From positions 7,921-71,920 of the IMG/VR virus record IMGVR_UViG_3300050011_000061: a stretch of DNA of 64,000 bases; one strand, given 5' to 3'. Below are positions 43,973 to 53,170 of this stretch, one piece after another (within the stretch, counting starts at the first letter, position 1; each line of letters starts with the position of its first letter). The DNA is from a virus. Lineage: Duplodnaviria; Caudoviricetes. Under the pieces are notes generated by a model. That model saw nothing but the letters and a program-made list of their open reading frames with translations, searched no databases and was not told the DNA's origin. The position numbers and the translations under genes were made by a program.

Positions 43973-44653
43973 TTATCCTCGCAGTAGTTCAAAACGACCA
44001 TCCCAGTGCTCGACAACTGCCGTACAGTGATAGATCCAATCCCCCGCGTTGATGTAGATTGCTCCACCCCGCACTACAGTTTCTATCTTGGGGAAGTGCA
44101 CATGACCGCACACAACACCGTAAAAGCCCCGCGCACGAGCATAATCAATCATACCCTGCTCAAACTTAAGTTCATGCCGCTTAAGAATATATCTGAGGTA
44201 TTTTCGAAGCAATTCCCAAAGGTTCTTTTTGATTACTTTTTCTACCGCAGTTAAAATGTGGAGCAACGTCCAGGACTTAAATCTGTCAATCTGATCGCCA
44301 TGCGTGACAAGCAAAACTTTACCATCAACCATTGTATGCGAAACACATCTGGCAATCTGTAGGTTGTTATAGTCCCCTACATAATTAAGAAATATTCTGT
44401 CGTGGTTACCTGGGATGTAGAATATTTCTGTACCAGTTTGTAGTTTATTCGATAATTCTTTAATCACATTGCAATGAGCCGCAGGCCAGCTGAGATGATT
44501 GTTGGCCTCAATAATATCCCCGACAAGGTAGATACGTTCTGCATTGTGAGTAGCCAGAAAGTTACTTAGCCTACCAGCTTCGCAATGGGGCGAACCAAGG
44601 TGAAAATCAGATATAAATATAGAACGAAACCTAGTTTGATGCACGAATATCAT
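43973..44653 (-). CDS. Calcineurin-like metallophosphoesterase (LpxH / UDP-2,3-diacylglucosamine diphosphatase-like)
   Basis: ISDFHLG, LVGDII, PGNHD, HGD, CGHVH, YIN.GDW. Confidence 0.85.
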   Translation of the reverse strand: MIFVHQTRFRSIFISDFHLGSPHCEAGRLSNFLATHNAERIYLVGDIIEANNHLSWPAAHCNVIKELSNKLQTGTEIFYIPGNHDRIFLNYVGDYNNLQIARCVSHTMVDGKVLLVTHGDQIDRFKSWTLLHILTAVEKVIKKNLWELLRKYLRYILKRHELKFEQGMIDYARARGFYGVVCGHVHFPKIETVVRGGAIYINAGDWIYHCTAVVEHWDGRFELLRG

Positions 44654-45335
44654 TGTGGTTCTCGCTCCACGGCTTACCGAGCAAATGGACCGAGAAGTAA
44701 TTGGCGATATACCTCACGCCGGTGGCAATGAGACCTTCGGCCTGCACGCGCCGTGGCGAGGATTGTATCCACATCGCAGGAACAAATTTGATTTTTCCGA
44801 TCTTGGCAAGGCGCACGGCTATATCGGTGTCGTCGCCGTAGAACGTGATCGACGTGTCGAAGCCGCCAATTTGTTTGAAGGCTGCACGCCGCATTACGAA
44901 ATTTCCACCTTGGATCATTGGCAAGAATTTGTGAGCCACACGAGCAAAAACATAAAAGACTTCCGTAACAACCCGTTTATAAAAAGATAGACCTTCATAA
45001 TAAAGTGGTCCGCTACACGCCACAACCCCGCGGTCATACATTGTATCTTGCACCGCTTGAATCCAACCCGAAGGTAAAACATTGTCAGCATCCACATGGG
45101 CAACGAGGTCATAACGCGCCGCAAGCTGGCCTGCGTTACGCGCTAACGTCAACCCCTTAAGCGGCTCCAAGATAACGCGAGCGCCTGCGCGGGCAGCAAC
45201 CTTCGCTGTGGCGTCTGTGCTGCCATTGTCCACAACGATAATCTCAAAGGGAACAGAAACTTCTCGTTTAATAGAACTAATGCAGCCCTCTATCAGGGCC
45301 TCTTCGTTATAGGCAGGAATTACAAAGCTGATCAT
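44631..45335 (-). CDS. Glycosyltransferase family 2
   Basis: IPAYNEE, VVDNGSTD, ARN.G, DAD, GGFD...GDD.D. Confidence 0.9.
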   Translation of the reverse strand: MISFVIPAYNEEALIEGCISSIKREVSVPFEIIVVDNGSTDATAKVAARAGARVILEPLKGLTLARNAGQLAARYDLVAHVDADNVLPSGWIQAVQDTMYDRGVVACSGPLYYEGLSFYKRVVTEVFYVFARVAHKFLPMIQGGNFVMRRAAFKQIGGFDTSITFYGDDTDIAVRLAKIGKIKFVPAMWIQSSPRRVQAEGLIATGVRYIANYFSVHLLGKPWSENHNDIRASN

Positions 45336-45353
45336 TGAAAGCACCTAATAAAG

Positions 45354-45385
45354 TGACCCCTCACCTAACTAAGGATGAGGGGTCA
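45354..45385 (-). terminator. Hairpin / probable terminator
   Basis: Perfect 10-bp stem TGACCCCTCA/TGAGGGGTCA, followed by CTTTATT on the minus strand. Confidence 0.5.
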
Positions 45386-45391
45386 GTCGGC

Positions 45392-45703
45392 CTACTGTAC
45401 GAAACGCCCGTGAACCGGCACGCCGTTAACATTCGGTGCCGCGCCGCCGAGCCTGCCGCCCTTCGCCGTCACGGCGGAGCAGATAGCTTGAGCGATGGTC
45501 GACACCGTAGCCACGGCTGGGTTACCAGCGGCGATGATGTTGGCAACAGTTGCGGCCGTCGGCAAGAAGCCACAGGCTGCCACGGCGGCGGCCTGAACGT
45601 CGGCCGCCGTGATGGGTGCGCCAGTGAACGGGTTGGAAATAACGCCGCAACCACCGACCAACAACGTGCCGACCAGCGGCAAGACTCGTAGAAAATTCTT
45701 CAT
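45392..45703 (-). CDS. Lipoprotein (possible spanin component)
   Basis: Lipobox LVGGC; located in the lysis module. Confidence 0.65.
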   Translation of the reverse strand: MKNFLRVLPLVGTLLVGGCGVISNPFTGAPITAADVQAAAVAACGFLPTAATVANIIAAGNPAVATVSTIAQAICSAVTAKGGRLGGAAPNVNGVPVHGRFVQ

Positions 45704-45716
45704 CTGATTGTCTCCG

Positions 45717-45920
45717 TTAAATGATCGATTTCGAGTTATCGTAAGCCACCAGCGCCGCCATCACAGCGACGGCGACGGTGTTGCACTCTTGGTCGGTGAC
45801 GCGGCTCCCAACGTCAAAGCCGTCGTAGGTGAACCCGCTGACGGCTTGTTTTACTGCCGCCTGGGCAGCCGCCACCCGTTCTAGGTCTACCGTAGTGCCT
45901 TGTATCGTAGTATCAGTCAT
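45717..45920 (-). CDS. Small hypothetical protein
   Basis: ORF with AAAGGA SD. Confidence 0.55.
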   Translation of the reverse strand: MTDTTIQGTTVDLERVAAAQAAVKQAVSGFTYDGFDVGSRVTDQECNTVAVAVMAALVAYDNSKSII

Positions 45921-45933
45921 GGAAAAATTCCTT

Positions 45934-46701
45934 TCAGGTTGTTACTGTAACTAAGTCACGCCGGAGCTGATCCGAGTTGAACCCCTCCGGCGACAGGTCG
46001 TTCTTCAGCGGGTCAAGCGATATGTAGGCTAGTCCTTCGTCGCAGTAGGCGTTCATAAACGGAGGTTCCACGGCCTGAAGACGATTCCACGTCACCACAA
46101 GTAAATTGCCATCGCTGTTTCGTCCAATGCAGGGAACGTAGTGACCTCCGACTATTTTGGCGCCGGGGATAACGCTCCACGGCACGCCAGCATCAAACTG
46201 CTTTTCAGCGCTGTCCGGTAACTGAAGACCGACGCCTGTCGCCGAGAACAAGTAAGTGGCGAGAATAAATTGATCAACATCTCCAGGCCGCAGCGCCACG
46301 TAGGCGTCGATCTTATGTCGCGCGCCGCTGGCGTCGGAGATCCCCACATTGCGCCTGTAGGACGCCGTTGCCTGCATATCACCACCTTGATCGGTGGCTG
46401 GGTTAGCAGGGTCAAATCCGGTGGCTGCAGAGTAATCAGCCAGCACCACTGCGTCGTTGAAGGCGACCGGCTCCCCGGTTCCAGAGCGATGCGTCCACAC
46501 CATGTGCTCGTGAGCGGCGCCAGCAAAGAGACAATCGGAGTGCCGGTCGTTAGCCAGCATCCCCCAATTTAACCCGATGCCGATGCCGTAATGGCCGAAC
46601 TTTGCCGGTGGCGTCGGCAGCGCCTCGGCATTGAAGAACGCCCCGAACTTAAGGCTGACCGCGTCCGGTCGCGCTGGTAATTTGCCGAGCTTGTAGTTCA
46701 T
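45934..46701 (-). CDS. Papain-like (Cys-His) peptidase-fold protein
   Basis: W.ML.ND..SDC..A...H and GGHYV...G....VVTW. Confidence 0.65.
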   Translation of the reverse strand: MNYKLGKLPARPDAVSLKFGAFFNAEALPTPPAKFGHYGIGIGLNWGMLANDRHSDCLFAGAAHEHMVWTHRSGTGEPVAFNDAVVLADYSAATGFDPANPATDQGGDMQATASYRRNVGISDASGARHKIDAYVALRPGDVDQFILATYLFSATGVGLQLPDSAEKQFDAGVPWSVIPGAKIVGGHYVPCIGRNSDGNLLVVTWNRLQAVEPPFMNAYCDEGLAYISLDPLKNDLSPEGFNSDQLRRDLVTVTT

Positions 46702-47339
46702 ATTTTTTCACCTAGTTCAGGTCCGAGTGCAAAATAACATCGTTGCAGTCCGTAGATCGCTTCAGTAAAGGTTTCTGTGACGGTTACTAAGCCGCGAAGC
46801 TCCGTTGGGTCTGCTACGAGATCTTTAATGACCGCCTCGATGCCGCCCATACCATCTTGCGCAGCTTTCACGATGTCCTGGTCGTAGGCATCTGAAATGC
46901 CCTGAATAACTGCCCAGGATATGCCACGCTTCTCGGCAAAAGCTGCGACGGCGTATGCTCCCATATCGACAGTGGAAACAGGATATTTAGCAGCAAGGGA
47001 AGCTTTCGTTACAGCAGTTGCAGCAACTTCGGTGGAACTGGAGAACCCTCGTCTGATCTTGATCTCTGGGAATACGTCAACAATACGTTGCAACCAATCA
47101 GCATCAGCCTTGTGCTGTGCACCGTCTGGCGTAAATACAGTTTGTACAGCGACCACGTCGCCAACTTTGACGTCTGAGGTAAGCGCGCCCGCTGTTCCCC
47201 AACTGATGATTGCCTCGCAATCGGATGGAATTAGCCCATCCATGTCGTTGATGGCTGCAAGACCAGTCAATACCTGCACCACCCACTGGTCAGTAATAGT
47301 ATTGGCCTCTTCGCGCAGACCAGTGAGAGCAGCTATCAT
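46698..47339 (-). CDS. Purine/MTA nucleoside phosphorylase-fold protein (HpnG-like)
   Basis: True start MIAALTGL.EE; IISWGTAGAL...K.GDVV; VDMG...A......I.W..I..ISD. Confidence 0.75.
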   Translation of the reverse strand: MIAALTGLREEANTITDQWVVQVLTGLAAINDMDGLIPSDCEAIISWGTAGALTSDVKVGDVVAVQTVFTPDGAQHKADADWLQRIVDVFPEIKIRRGFSSSTEVAATAVTKASLAAKYPVSTVDMGAYAVAAFAEKRGISWAVIQGISDAYDQDIVKAAQDGMGGIEAVIKDLVADPTELRGLVTVTETFTEAIYGLQRCYFALGPELGEKI

Positions 47340-47716
47340 GTTCTCGGCACTGTTACCGGTGCAGCGGCAATCGCCGCTGTGATGGCTGGCGTGGTCATCA
47401 TCACCTTCGACATCGCGGGGTCCCTCGAAGCGGCAAGTACACCGTTTGACGCCGTCGGTGCGACAACAACGCCGAGGATTTGATCTTTCGGCATTGCATT
47501 CACCGCAGCCACCTTGGCTGCGTTGGTGTGAGCAAACATACCCCAGACGAACGACGCGGCAGGAGGAATGACGGCAAAGCCTGTGAGCAGCCAAGTCGAG
47601 AGGTCATTAACTTGATCCGCAGACATGCCGCGAGCCACCAGTAGCGCGCCGAGGGGGCCGCCGACAGACAGAAGCCAGCGGATGAACATCATTATTTGGT
47701 CGTTGTTCGGGATCAT
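47336..47716 (-). CDS. Holin-like membrane protein
   Basis: Two TM helices; follows the endolysins; start ATG 47716. Confidence 0.6.
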   Translation of the reverse strand: MIPNNDQIMMFIRWLLSVGGPLGALLVARGMSADQVNDLSTWLLTGFAVIPPAASFVWGMFAHTNAAKVAAVNAMPKDQILGVVVAPTASNGVLAASRDPAMSKVMMTTPAITAAIAAAPVTVPRT

Positions 47717-47727
47717 ATGGTAGCTCC

Positions 47728-48324
47728 TTAATGAACTCTTGCAAATTGATAGTGCATTGCGTCGACGCTTGTCGAACTCCAATCTCCGCCCCAGGCCGCT
47801 CCTGCTTCTTTGAACTTGACTGTTATTAGCGAACTGTCTTGGAACAAGTGATTCATCGAGTGCTGCTCGTTATCAGCACAGTCGAAATCTAGTGCGGCAC
47901 CGTACCCGTGCATACTGCGCATCGTGCCGCCGCGAATTGGCCGTTGATTGTACGATCCAGAGAACAGGTTGTACCGTAGCGTTTCGATGGCCGACTGCGA
48001 CTTGCCAGTAGCGTCCCAAATTGCTCCTAGTACCTGCGTCAGACTGACAGCGCATTTCTTGTGGATGCGGATCTGCGTAACGACTATGCCATCCATGCTA
48101 AGCACCCATGGGCAGGCAACGTCGACCAAATTTGCGGATTCCCAGGCGGCCCACTCGCCGGGCGCACTGCCGGGGTTGCCGTAGAAGGCGTCACAGTCGG
48201 CCTGCAGCGGCCACGTCTGGGGCACAATAATCGACAACGGAGCCGAGGCAACGGCCGGGGGCGGTGGAACAATTTCCGCATCAAACAGCTCAACGATCTT
48301 GGCCTTGAGAGTTGCGAGGGTCAT
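47728..48324 (-). CDS. Endolysin, M15-family Zn peptidase
   Basis: YN.R..RG....SMH.YG.A.D, WGG.W...DAMH.Q. Confidence 0.88.
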   Translation of the reverse strand: MTLATLKAKIVELFDAEIVPPPPAVASAPLSIIVPQTWPLQADCDAFYGNPGSAPGEWAAWESANLVDVACPWVLSMDGIVVTQIRIHKKCAVSLTQVLGAIWDATGKSQSAIETLRYNLFSGSYNQRPIRGGTMRSMHGYGAALDFDCADNEQHSMNHLFQDSSLITVKFKEAGAAWGGDWSSTSVDAMHYQFARVH

Positions 48325-48330
48325 GTCTGT

Positions 48331-48858
48331 CTACGTCCCCATCATTGCCGGCAAACGGCCTCTGACTTTTAGAACCCTGTTGGTCCACCCCCTGCCGTAT
48401 TTGCTCCACCCGTCGGCCTCGAGCATACGCTTCCAGGTTAACCACGCTGCGTCGAGTTGCAGGACTAGAACCGCCGGCGTCGCGACGTTGACGGCCGCCA
48501 GCGTCTGGGCGTCCATCGCCCCAGTCGTCGGCCACATAGCAACACACATCTGCAAGGCCTCGATCGACCCGGTGATGCCGAGAGTTACCGCGCAGTCGAG
48601 CATGCGGTAGTCGACGCCGGATGGAAGCTCGTTGAAGTGGATCGGGACGGCGAAGCGAGTGGAAAATATCGCGTTGGCATCATCTTGCGTCAGGGCGCCG
48701 ACGTCGTCGACCGTGCATACCTTGCCGCGCACCTCCGACAAGTCCGTCAGCGTCACTCCCCACTTGCTGGCACCACCAGGCTCGTCGGGGCTGACGTTGA
48801 GTTCCGGTCCCTCGTCGCCAGTGATGTAGGTTAGGGACTGCGCTAGATTACTTTGCAT
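48331..48858 (-). CDS. Endolysin, glycoside hydrolase family 108 with PG-binding tail
   Basis: EG......D.PGG...WGVT, LPSGVD...D.AV..G, YGRGW.NRV; start ATG 48858. Confidence 0.85.
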   Translation of the reverse strand: MQSNLAQSLTYITGDEGPELNVSPDEPGGASKWGVTLTDLSEVRGKVCTVDDVGALTQDDANAIFSTRFAVPIHFNELPSGVDYRMLDCAVTLGITGSIEALQMCVAMWPTTGAMDAQTLAAVNVATPAVLVLQLDAAWLTWKRMLEADGWSKYGRGWTNRVLKVRGRLPAMMGT

Positions 48859-49217
48859 CAATGATAAGTCCAATTAGTCCCGTTACACCACACTAGCTGG
48901 TTCGACGAGCCTGTCGTGCTGACGGTCGCGTTGTAGCTAGGCGAGGCAACGCCGTTGGTGACATAGGCAAGCTCGCCTGCCAGCGTGGCCACGCAGGTTG
49001 GCAGCGAGGCTATGAGTGAGGGGGCGATGCCCAACAAGCCCTGCATGTTGTCACCACCCTTGTTGAGCGCGGTATAACCAGGGTAATCCCATTTTCCGGC
49101 AAAGTATTGCATCCATTGAGCCGCACTCGGCACGAAGCCCTGATAGAGGTTCGGTGCCGACTGTGCCAGTGCGGCAGCAGGGTAAAGTAATAAGAGGGCG
49201 AGTAGCAGCTTTTTCAT
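48858..49217 (-). CDS. Secreted small structural-like protein with xGTNW-type C-terminal domain
   Basis: MKKLLLALLLLYPAAALA-Q; C-terminal IASLPTC...YVTNG...VWCNGTNW. Confidence 0.7.
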   Translation of the reverse strand: MKKLLLALLLLYPAAALAQSAPNLYQGFVPSAAQWMQYFAGKWDYPGYTALNKGGDNMQGLLGIAPSLIASLPTCVATLAGELAYVTNGVASPSYNATVSTTGSSNQLVWCNGTNWTYH

Positions 49218-49224
49218 GGCTTCC

Positions 49225-50655
49225 TCAGTATGCAATAATATACATCATGTTGATGTTCACCGGGCGCGTCTCCGGGCCGCTGAGTGTGATGGTGCCGGTT
49301 AAGGAAGTGATGTAAACGCCGCCTGGACCGAAGAAATAGATACCGTTCTGGCTATTCGTCGAAGGAAGGGTCACCACCTGTGGTGAACCACCCAATGGGT
49401 ACTGCGGCGGGTTGATCGTGACGCTGTTGTTCGGAAGAGTATCGCCCGTGAAGCCATAATTCGTTTGGCCGTAGACATCAAACTCGGCTACATCCTGGCC
49501 AAGAAGAAAATTTGCCGTGCCCCCAGGCCAAGTATGAGAGCCTGCAAGGTTTGAAAATGCCGGCCAATTCACCTGCGGATTTGCAATGCTGACCGATGAT
49601 GAATACGGACCGTTTGCTTGGGCTTCCCAGGTACCTACATGATCGCCGGTGGTGCCGTCGCCGCGGTTGGTGCGAGTTGAAGCGCTGGGGTCAAGTCCGC
49701 GTCCGTGGTCCCAGCCGCGCGCGAAGGCGCCACGCAGGTCCGGCACCTTGAAAGTATTAATGCCGTCGCCGCCGTAGGTCGCTTTGATGACGTTGAACAG
49801 GTTTGGATAGGCAGAGATGTTTTTGGTCGAACCATCACACTCCAGGAAACCCGGCAGCGGGATTTCCACCGGGCACAAGATGATGCCGCCGGTCGGCACG
49901 CCGCCAGCCGCTCCTCCACCGCCGCCCGATGCCGGCTTACCGGGGGTAGTAACCTGAAACACAGTCGGGCTGGTTAAGTAGCCTTCGCACATCTGGCCGG
50001 CTCGCGAGAACTGGCCGATGACGATGGAAGAGCCGTCGGTATTGATCATCGTTACGGCGCCGAGACCATTAATATTGATGGTCGGCGTCGTGATGGTGTT
50101 GGCGTTGGCGATCAGGAAGCGAATCGGCGAGCCGACAATCGAGGGCAGCGATGCCGGCACCGGCGACAACGTGACAGCGACGTGGTTCACTGCACCGGAA
50201 TCGACCGCTGCATAATTACCGGCCTGTTGCTGGATCAAAATATCAGGGAAAATGGACCAACCAGCGCCGCCAGTATCGGGGTCGGTAGCGTTGTTGTCGG
50301 CTGTGGAAATCCAGTAGTGACCTGGCGGGGTTGATTGCAGGAAGGCCCCGCTGGGATAGCCGCCGATCGCTGTTGAGAAGGCGACGTCGTAAGCCACTGG
50401 AGCCCCGCCGGCCGCCACCCACACCAGCCAGGACGTTATCTCGTTCAATAGGCCGTTGAAGTCGGCACCCCACGGCGGGTCACCGCCGGCCGCAAGCTGC
50501 GTGAAGGTAAGCGGCGGGAAGCCATCGGTGAGCGAGGCGCGACCGGCACCAATGCCGATCTGCGACGGTACCGGGATCGGCTTCGTGATGTAGGCGCCGG
50601 TCGCGCTGTTGGCGAACGGAATGGAAAACTTTGTTGGAATATTACTGGAGATCAT
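49225..50655 (-). CDS. Tail fibre protein with collar domain
   Basis: N-terminal ASLTDGFPPLT...AGG.PP.G.DFNG.L; collar GFLECDG...Y..LF..I...YG.DG..TF.VPDLRG.F.RG.D.GRG.D; ETRP.N. Confidence 0.9.
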   Translation of the reverse strand: MISSNIPTKFSIPFANSATGAYITKPIPVPSQIGIGAGRASLTDGFPPLTFTQLAAGGDPPWGADFNGLLNEITSWLVWVAAGGAPVAYDVAFSTAIGGYPSGAFLQSTPPGHYWISTADNNATDPDTGGAGWSIFPDILIQQQAGNYAAVDSGAVNHVAVTLSPVPASLPSIVGSPIRFLIANANTITTPTININGLGAVTMINTDGSSIVIGQFSRAGQMCEGYLTSPTVFQVTTPGKPASGGGGGAAGGVPTGGIILCPVEIPLPGFLECDGSTKNISAYPNLFNVIKATYGGDGINTFKVPDLRGAFARGWDHGRGLDPSASTRTNRGDGTTGDHVGTWEAQANGPYSSSVSIANPQVNWPAFSNLAGSHTWPGGTANFLLGQDVAEFDVYGQTNYGFTGDTLPNNSVTINPPQYPLGGSPQVVTLPSTNSQNGIYFFGPGGVYITSLTGTITLSGPETRPVNINMMYIIAY

Positions 50656-50668
50656 GGCTAGTTGTTTC

Positions 50669-51334
50669 TCACAGCTGGACTATGTTGTAGGATACGCCGG
50701 TCGGTTTAGGGAACACGCCGGAGTTAGTTAGGATAGCTGCCTGTACCGGCGACAATTTGAACTCGAAGACGTAGCTCATAGTCATGTCGAGGTTGTCGAC
50801 CACGTAACCCTTACCGCTAGAGCCGAACAGCGTGATCAGCAGACGGTTGATGGACTTGATTGAACCATCACAGATGTTGCTGAAGGCCTTGGCCAGTATC
50901 AGGACTCGAAAGCCTGGGTCAGACAGCAGGTAGTTCTCTGTCGTCTGCTGGCCGGAGTAGAACGGCCCGAGGCCGCCGGTGCCAAACGGCTGGTAGTCGA
51001 TTCCCTCGTCGAAACCGAAATAGGGCGGCCCGACACCGATCTTGAGTACGCGGTTGACTGCCACGATGCGACCCCAGACGTCGAGGCCATAACCCTGCGC
51101 AGTGTCGACGTTCCAGATCAAGTCGAAGAACTGCTCAAGGTTGGCGGTCTGATCGACGCAGTCGTCGAAGTTCTCAATCAACTGCATCAGAATTGGACTA
51201 TTGGCATACTGACTGATGACTGTGCGCCACCAATCAAACGGCTTGATGGCGCCGATCGAACTCGCGCCGATGGCGAACGTACCGATAGCATTCGCCCCCG
51301 GCAGGTTACTCGGTGGGTAGGCGGGGCCGGACAT
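50669..51334 (-). CDS. Baseplate wedge protein (DUF2612)
   Basis: TVISQYANSP, WNVDTA.G.GLD.WGRIV, P.P.GV. Confidence 0.85.
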   Translation of the reverse strand: MSGPAYPPSNLPGANAIGTFAIGASSIGAIKPFDWWRTVISQYANSPILMQLIENFDDCVDQTANLEQFFDLIWNVDTAQGYGLDVWGRIVAVNRVLKIGVGPPYFGFDEGIDYQPFGTGGLGPFYSGQQTTENYLLSDPGFRVLILAKAFSNICDGSIKSINRLLITLFGSSGKGYVVDNLDMTMSYVFEFKLSPVQAAILTNSGVFPKPTGVSYNIVQL

Positions 51335-51561
51335 TAAGGTTTCTTCGCTTCTGTCTTGTCCTGCGCCTTCTTCAACGCCTCGTTCTCGGCCATAAGTGCC
51401 GCGATCCGCGCGTTGGCCTTGTCGAGTTCGATAGCCAGCGCAGCTTTGATATTGGCATCATTCGCTATGAGTTGCCGAACCATTGTCTGCGGCGCTAGCT
51501 GTTGGGCATTTGCTGCTGTAGCCACCGCGAGGCCGAGTGCGATAGTAAGTGCTCGGATCAT
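51334..51561 (-). CDS. Small secreted coiled-coil protein
   Basis: MIRALTIALGLAVATAANA-QQ. Confidence 0.65.
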   Translation of the reverse strand: MIRALTIALGLAVATAANAQQLAPQTMVRQLIANDANIKAALAIELDKANARIAALMAENEALKKAQDKTEAKKP

Positions 51562-51584
51562 TTTGGTTTTCCTGCGTTCGCTGC

Positions 51585-51938
51585 TTACTTTGGAAGCGGC
51601 TGCTGGAGCTTCACCACAAAACCAGAGATAAAATCATCTTCTGTCTTCTGCTTGGCTGCTGCGGCCACGCCGCTTGCCTGCCATTGCGTTCGCACCGCAT
51701 CACAAGTTTGCCAACGCGGCACGCCATTAGAATCCGGCGCCGTATCATATTGCGCGCGCCAGCCATTCTTCGGTTGTATCCCAATTACAGTATGAAGATA
51801 TTGGTGGCAAATCTGCATCGCTTTGCCGATGTCGGTGTTTTGATCGTAGGTCTCGCTCTCACTTGCGATCCACACCTGCTGCGCCACCGCAGCGAATGGC
51901 AACACGGCAATGACGAGGCCTACAATAATGCGTCTCAT
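51585..51938 (-). CDS. Small secreted protein
   Basis: MRRIIVGLVIAVLPFAAVA-QQ; one Cys pair; ATGA overlap. Confidence 0.7.
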   Translation of the reverse strand: MRRIIVGLVIAVLPFAAVAQQVWIASESETYDQNTDIGKAMQICHQYLHTVIGIQPKNGWRAQYDTAPDSNGVPRWQTCDAVRTQWQASGVAAAAKQKTEDDFISGFVVKLQQPLPK

Positions 51939-53158
51939 TGTGTTTTTACCTTCTGTTTCAGAGCGACGATTTCTGTTTGCATTTCCTGCATGGCCTTAGT
52001 GAGCTTCCAGATTTCCGGAACGGCAACCTCGTAATAGCCGCTGTCATCCTTTCGCACCATTTCAGGATGAACTTTGAGCATCTGTTGCGCAATCGTGCTA
52101 GTCCCTGCTATACCGTTTTTCTTCCAGACATAATCCCGAATTGGAAAACTCATCAGATACGACAATTCACTTTTGGCTTTGTGAATGTCCTTTTTCAACC
52201 TCTCATCCGATGAACAGGCAAAGCCTGGGGCTCCACTTGTGTTTGCGTAAATGTTACAAGTTCCATAAGCATCCGCGATTTGGATCATTCCATTCCCGGA
52301 ATGTACTGTTGACGAAGTTCCGATGGAGAATTTACCATCAACATTAAGCGTCGCCACAGTGCCGTACCGATTGAAGAAATTCAGCAGATGCGCCGAGGTG
52401 TTCGTGGAAACGTCGTTTATAAAGAAAACATCCCCTTGCGTTTCCTGATTGATAGCTAAACCCGGCTGGTCAGTGCCGTTCCACGTTCCATTAGTATAAG
52501 CGCCAATGTTAAGTTGAATGGCCTGGCCAGGATAGGTGACATCCTGATCAAAGGAACCCGCGTTGGTAAATAATTCACTGATCGGACAATAGGCAGGATT
52601 GCCAAAAGCACCGCTGTCGACGTTGTAACAGGCGCCGTCCATCGTAAACATGTTCTTGATTTCAATCGGGCCTGTTCCTGTGATAAGCGTGCCGGTGCCA
52701 GGTGTGCAGCCGGTATAGGTTGAGCAAACGCTAATGCCCGAAGTTGTCCAATCCTCACCCTGAAAATACATGCCGGTATAAATGTGGTTGGCCGAAGTGC
52801 GGGCTGTCCACGCCGCGTCGCCAAGATAAAGAAAGCATCCGGCAGGCATAAAGAAATGTCTAAAGCCGGCGTCATAAGCATTCCATACCGCAGCGGCAAC
52901 ATTCGTTGAGACCGGCGCCGCTGGGTTGCAGGAAAGCGACGCAAACTGCCGAAGATCAGCATAACCTTTTGCCGTTAGGGACGAAAAAGTACCAGCCGCG
53001 GGGGCTGTACCGCCGATAGCAGGAGGCGAGGCAAAGACTGCACTAATGCCGGTCAAATTTCTTAAATCAGGTTTTGTCGTTACCGGCTGTGCAATAGTAG
53101 ATGTCGCCGCAAAAGAAAAAGCAATGATTCCTATTAAGACTGTAACAATTCGATTCAT
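51935..53158 (-). CDS. Tailspike-like protein with signal peptide and C-terminal S74 chaperone
   Basis: MNRIVTVLIGIIAFSFAATSTIA-Q; beta-helix cap-like DLRQF...FFMPAG; SSDERLKKDI...IAQ....HPEMV...LTKAMQE. Confidence 0.8.
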   Translation of the reverse strand: MNRIVTVLIGIIAFSFAATSTIAQPVTTKPDLRNLTGISAVFASPPAIGGTAPAAGTFSSLTAKGYADLRQFASLSCNPAAPVSTNVAAAVWNAYDAGFRHFFMPAGCFLYLGDAAWTARTSANHIYTGMYFQGEDWTTSGISVCSTYTGCTPGTGTLITGTGPIEIKNMFTMDGACYNVDSGAFGNPAYCPISELFTNAGSFDQDVTYPGQAIQLNIGAYTNGTWNGTDQPGLAINQETQGDVFFINDVSTNTSAHLLNFFNRYGTVATLNVDGKFSIGTSSTVHSGNGMIQIADAYGTCNIYANTSGAPGFACSSDERLKKDIHKAKSELSYLMSFPIRDYVWKKNGIAGTSTIAQQMLKVHPEMVRKDDSGYYEVAVPEIWKLTKAMQEMQTEIVALKQKVKTQ

Positions 53159-53170
53159 CTAGCTTCTCCA

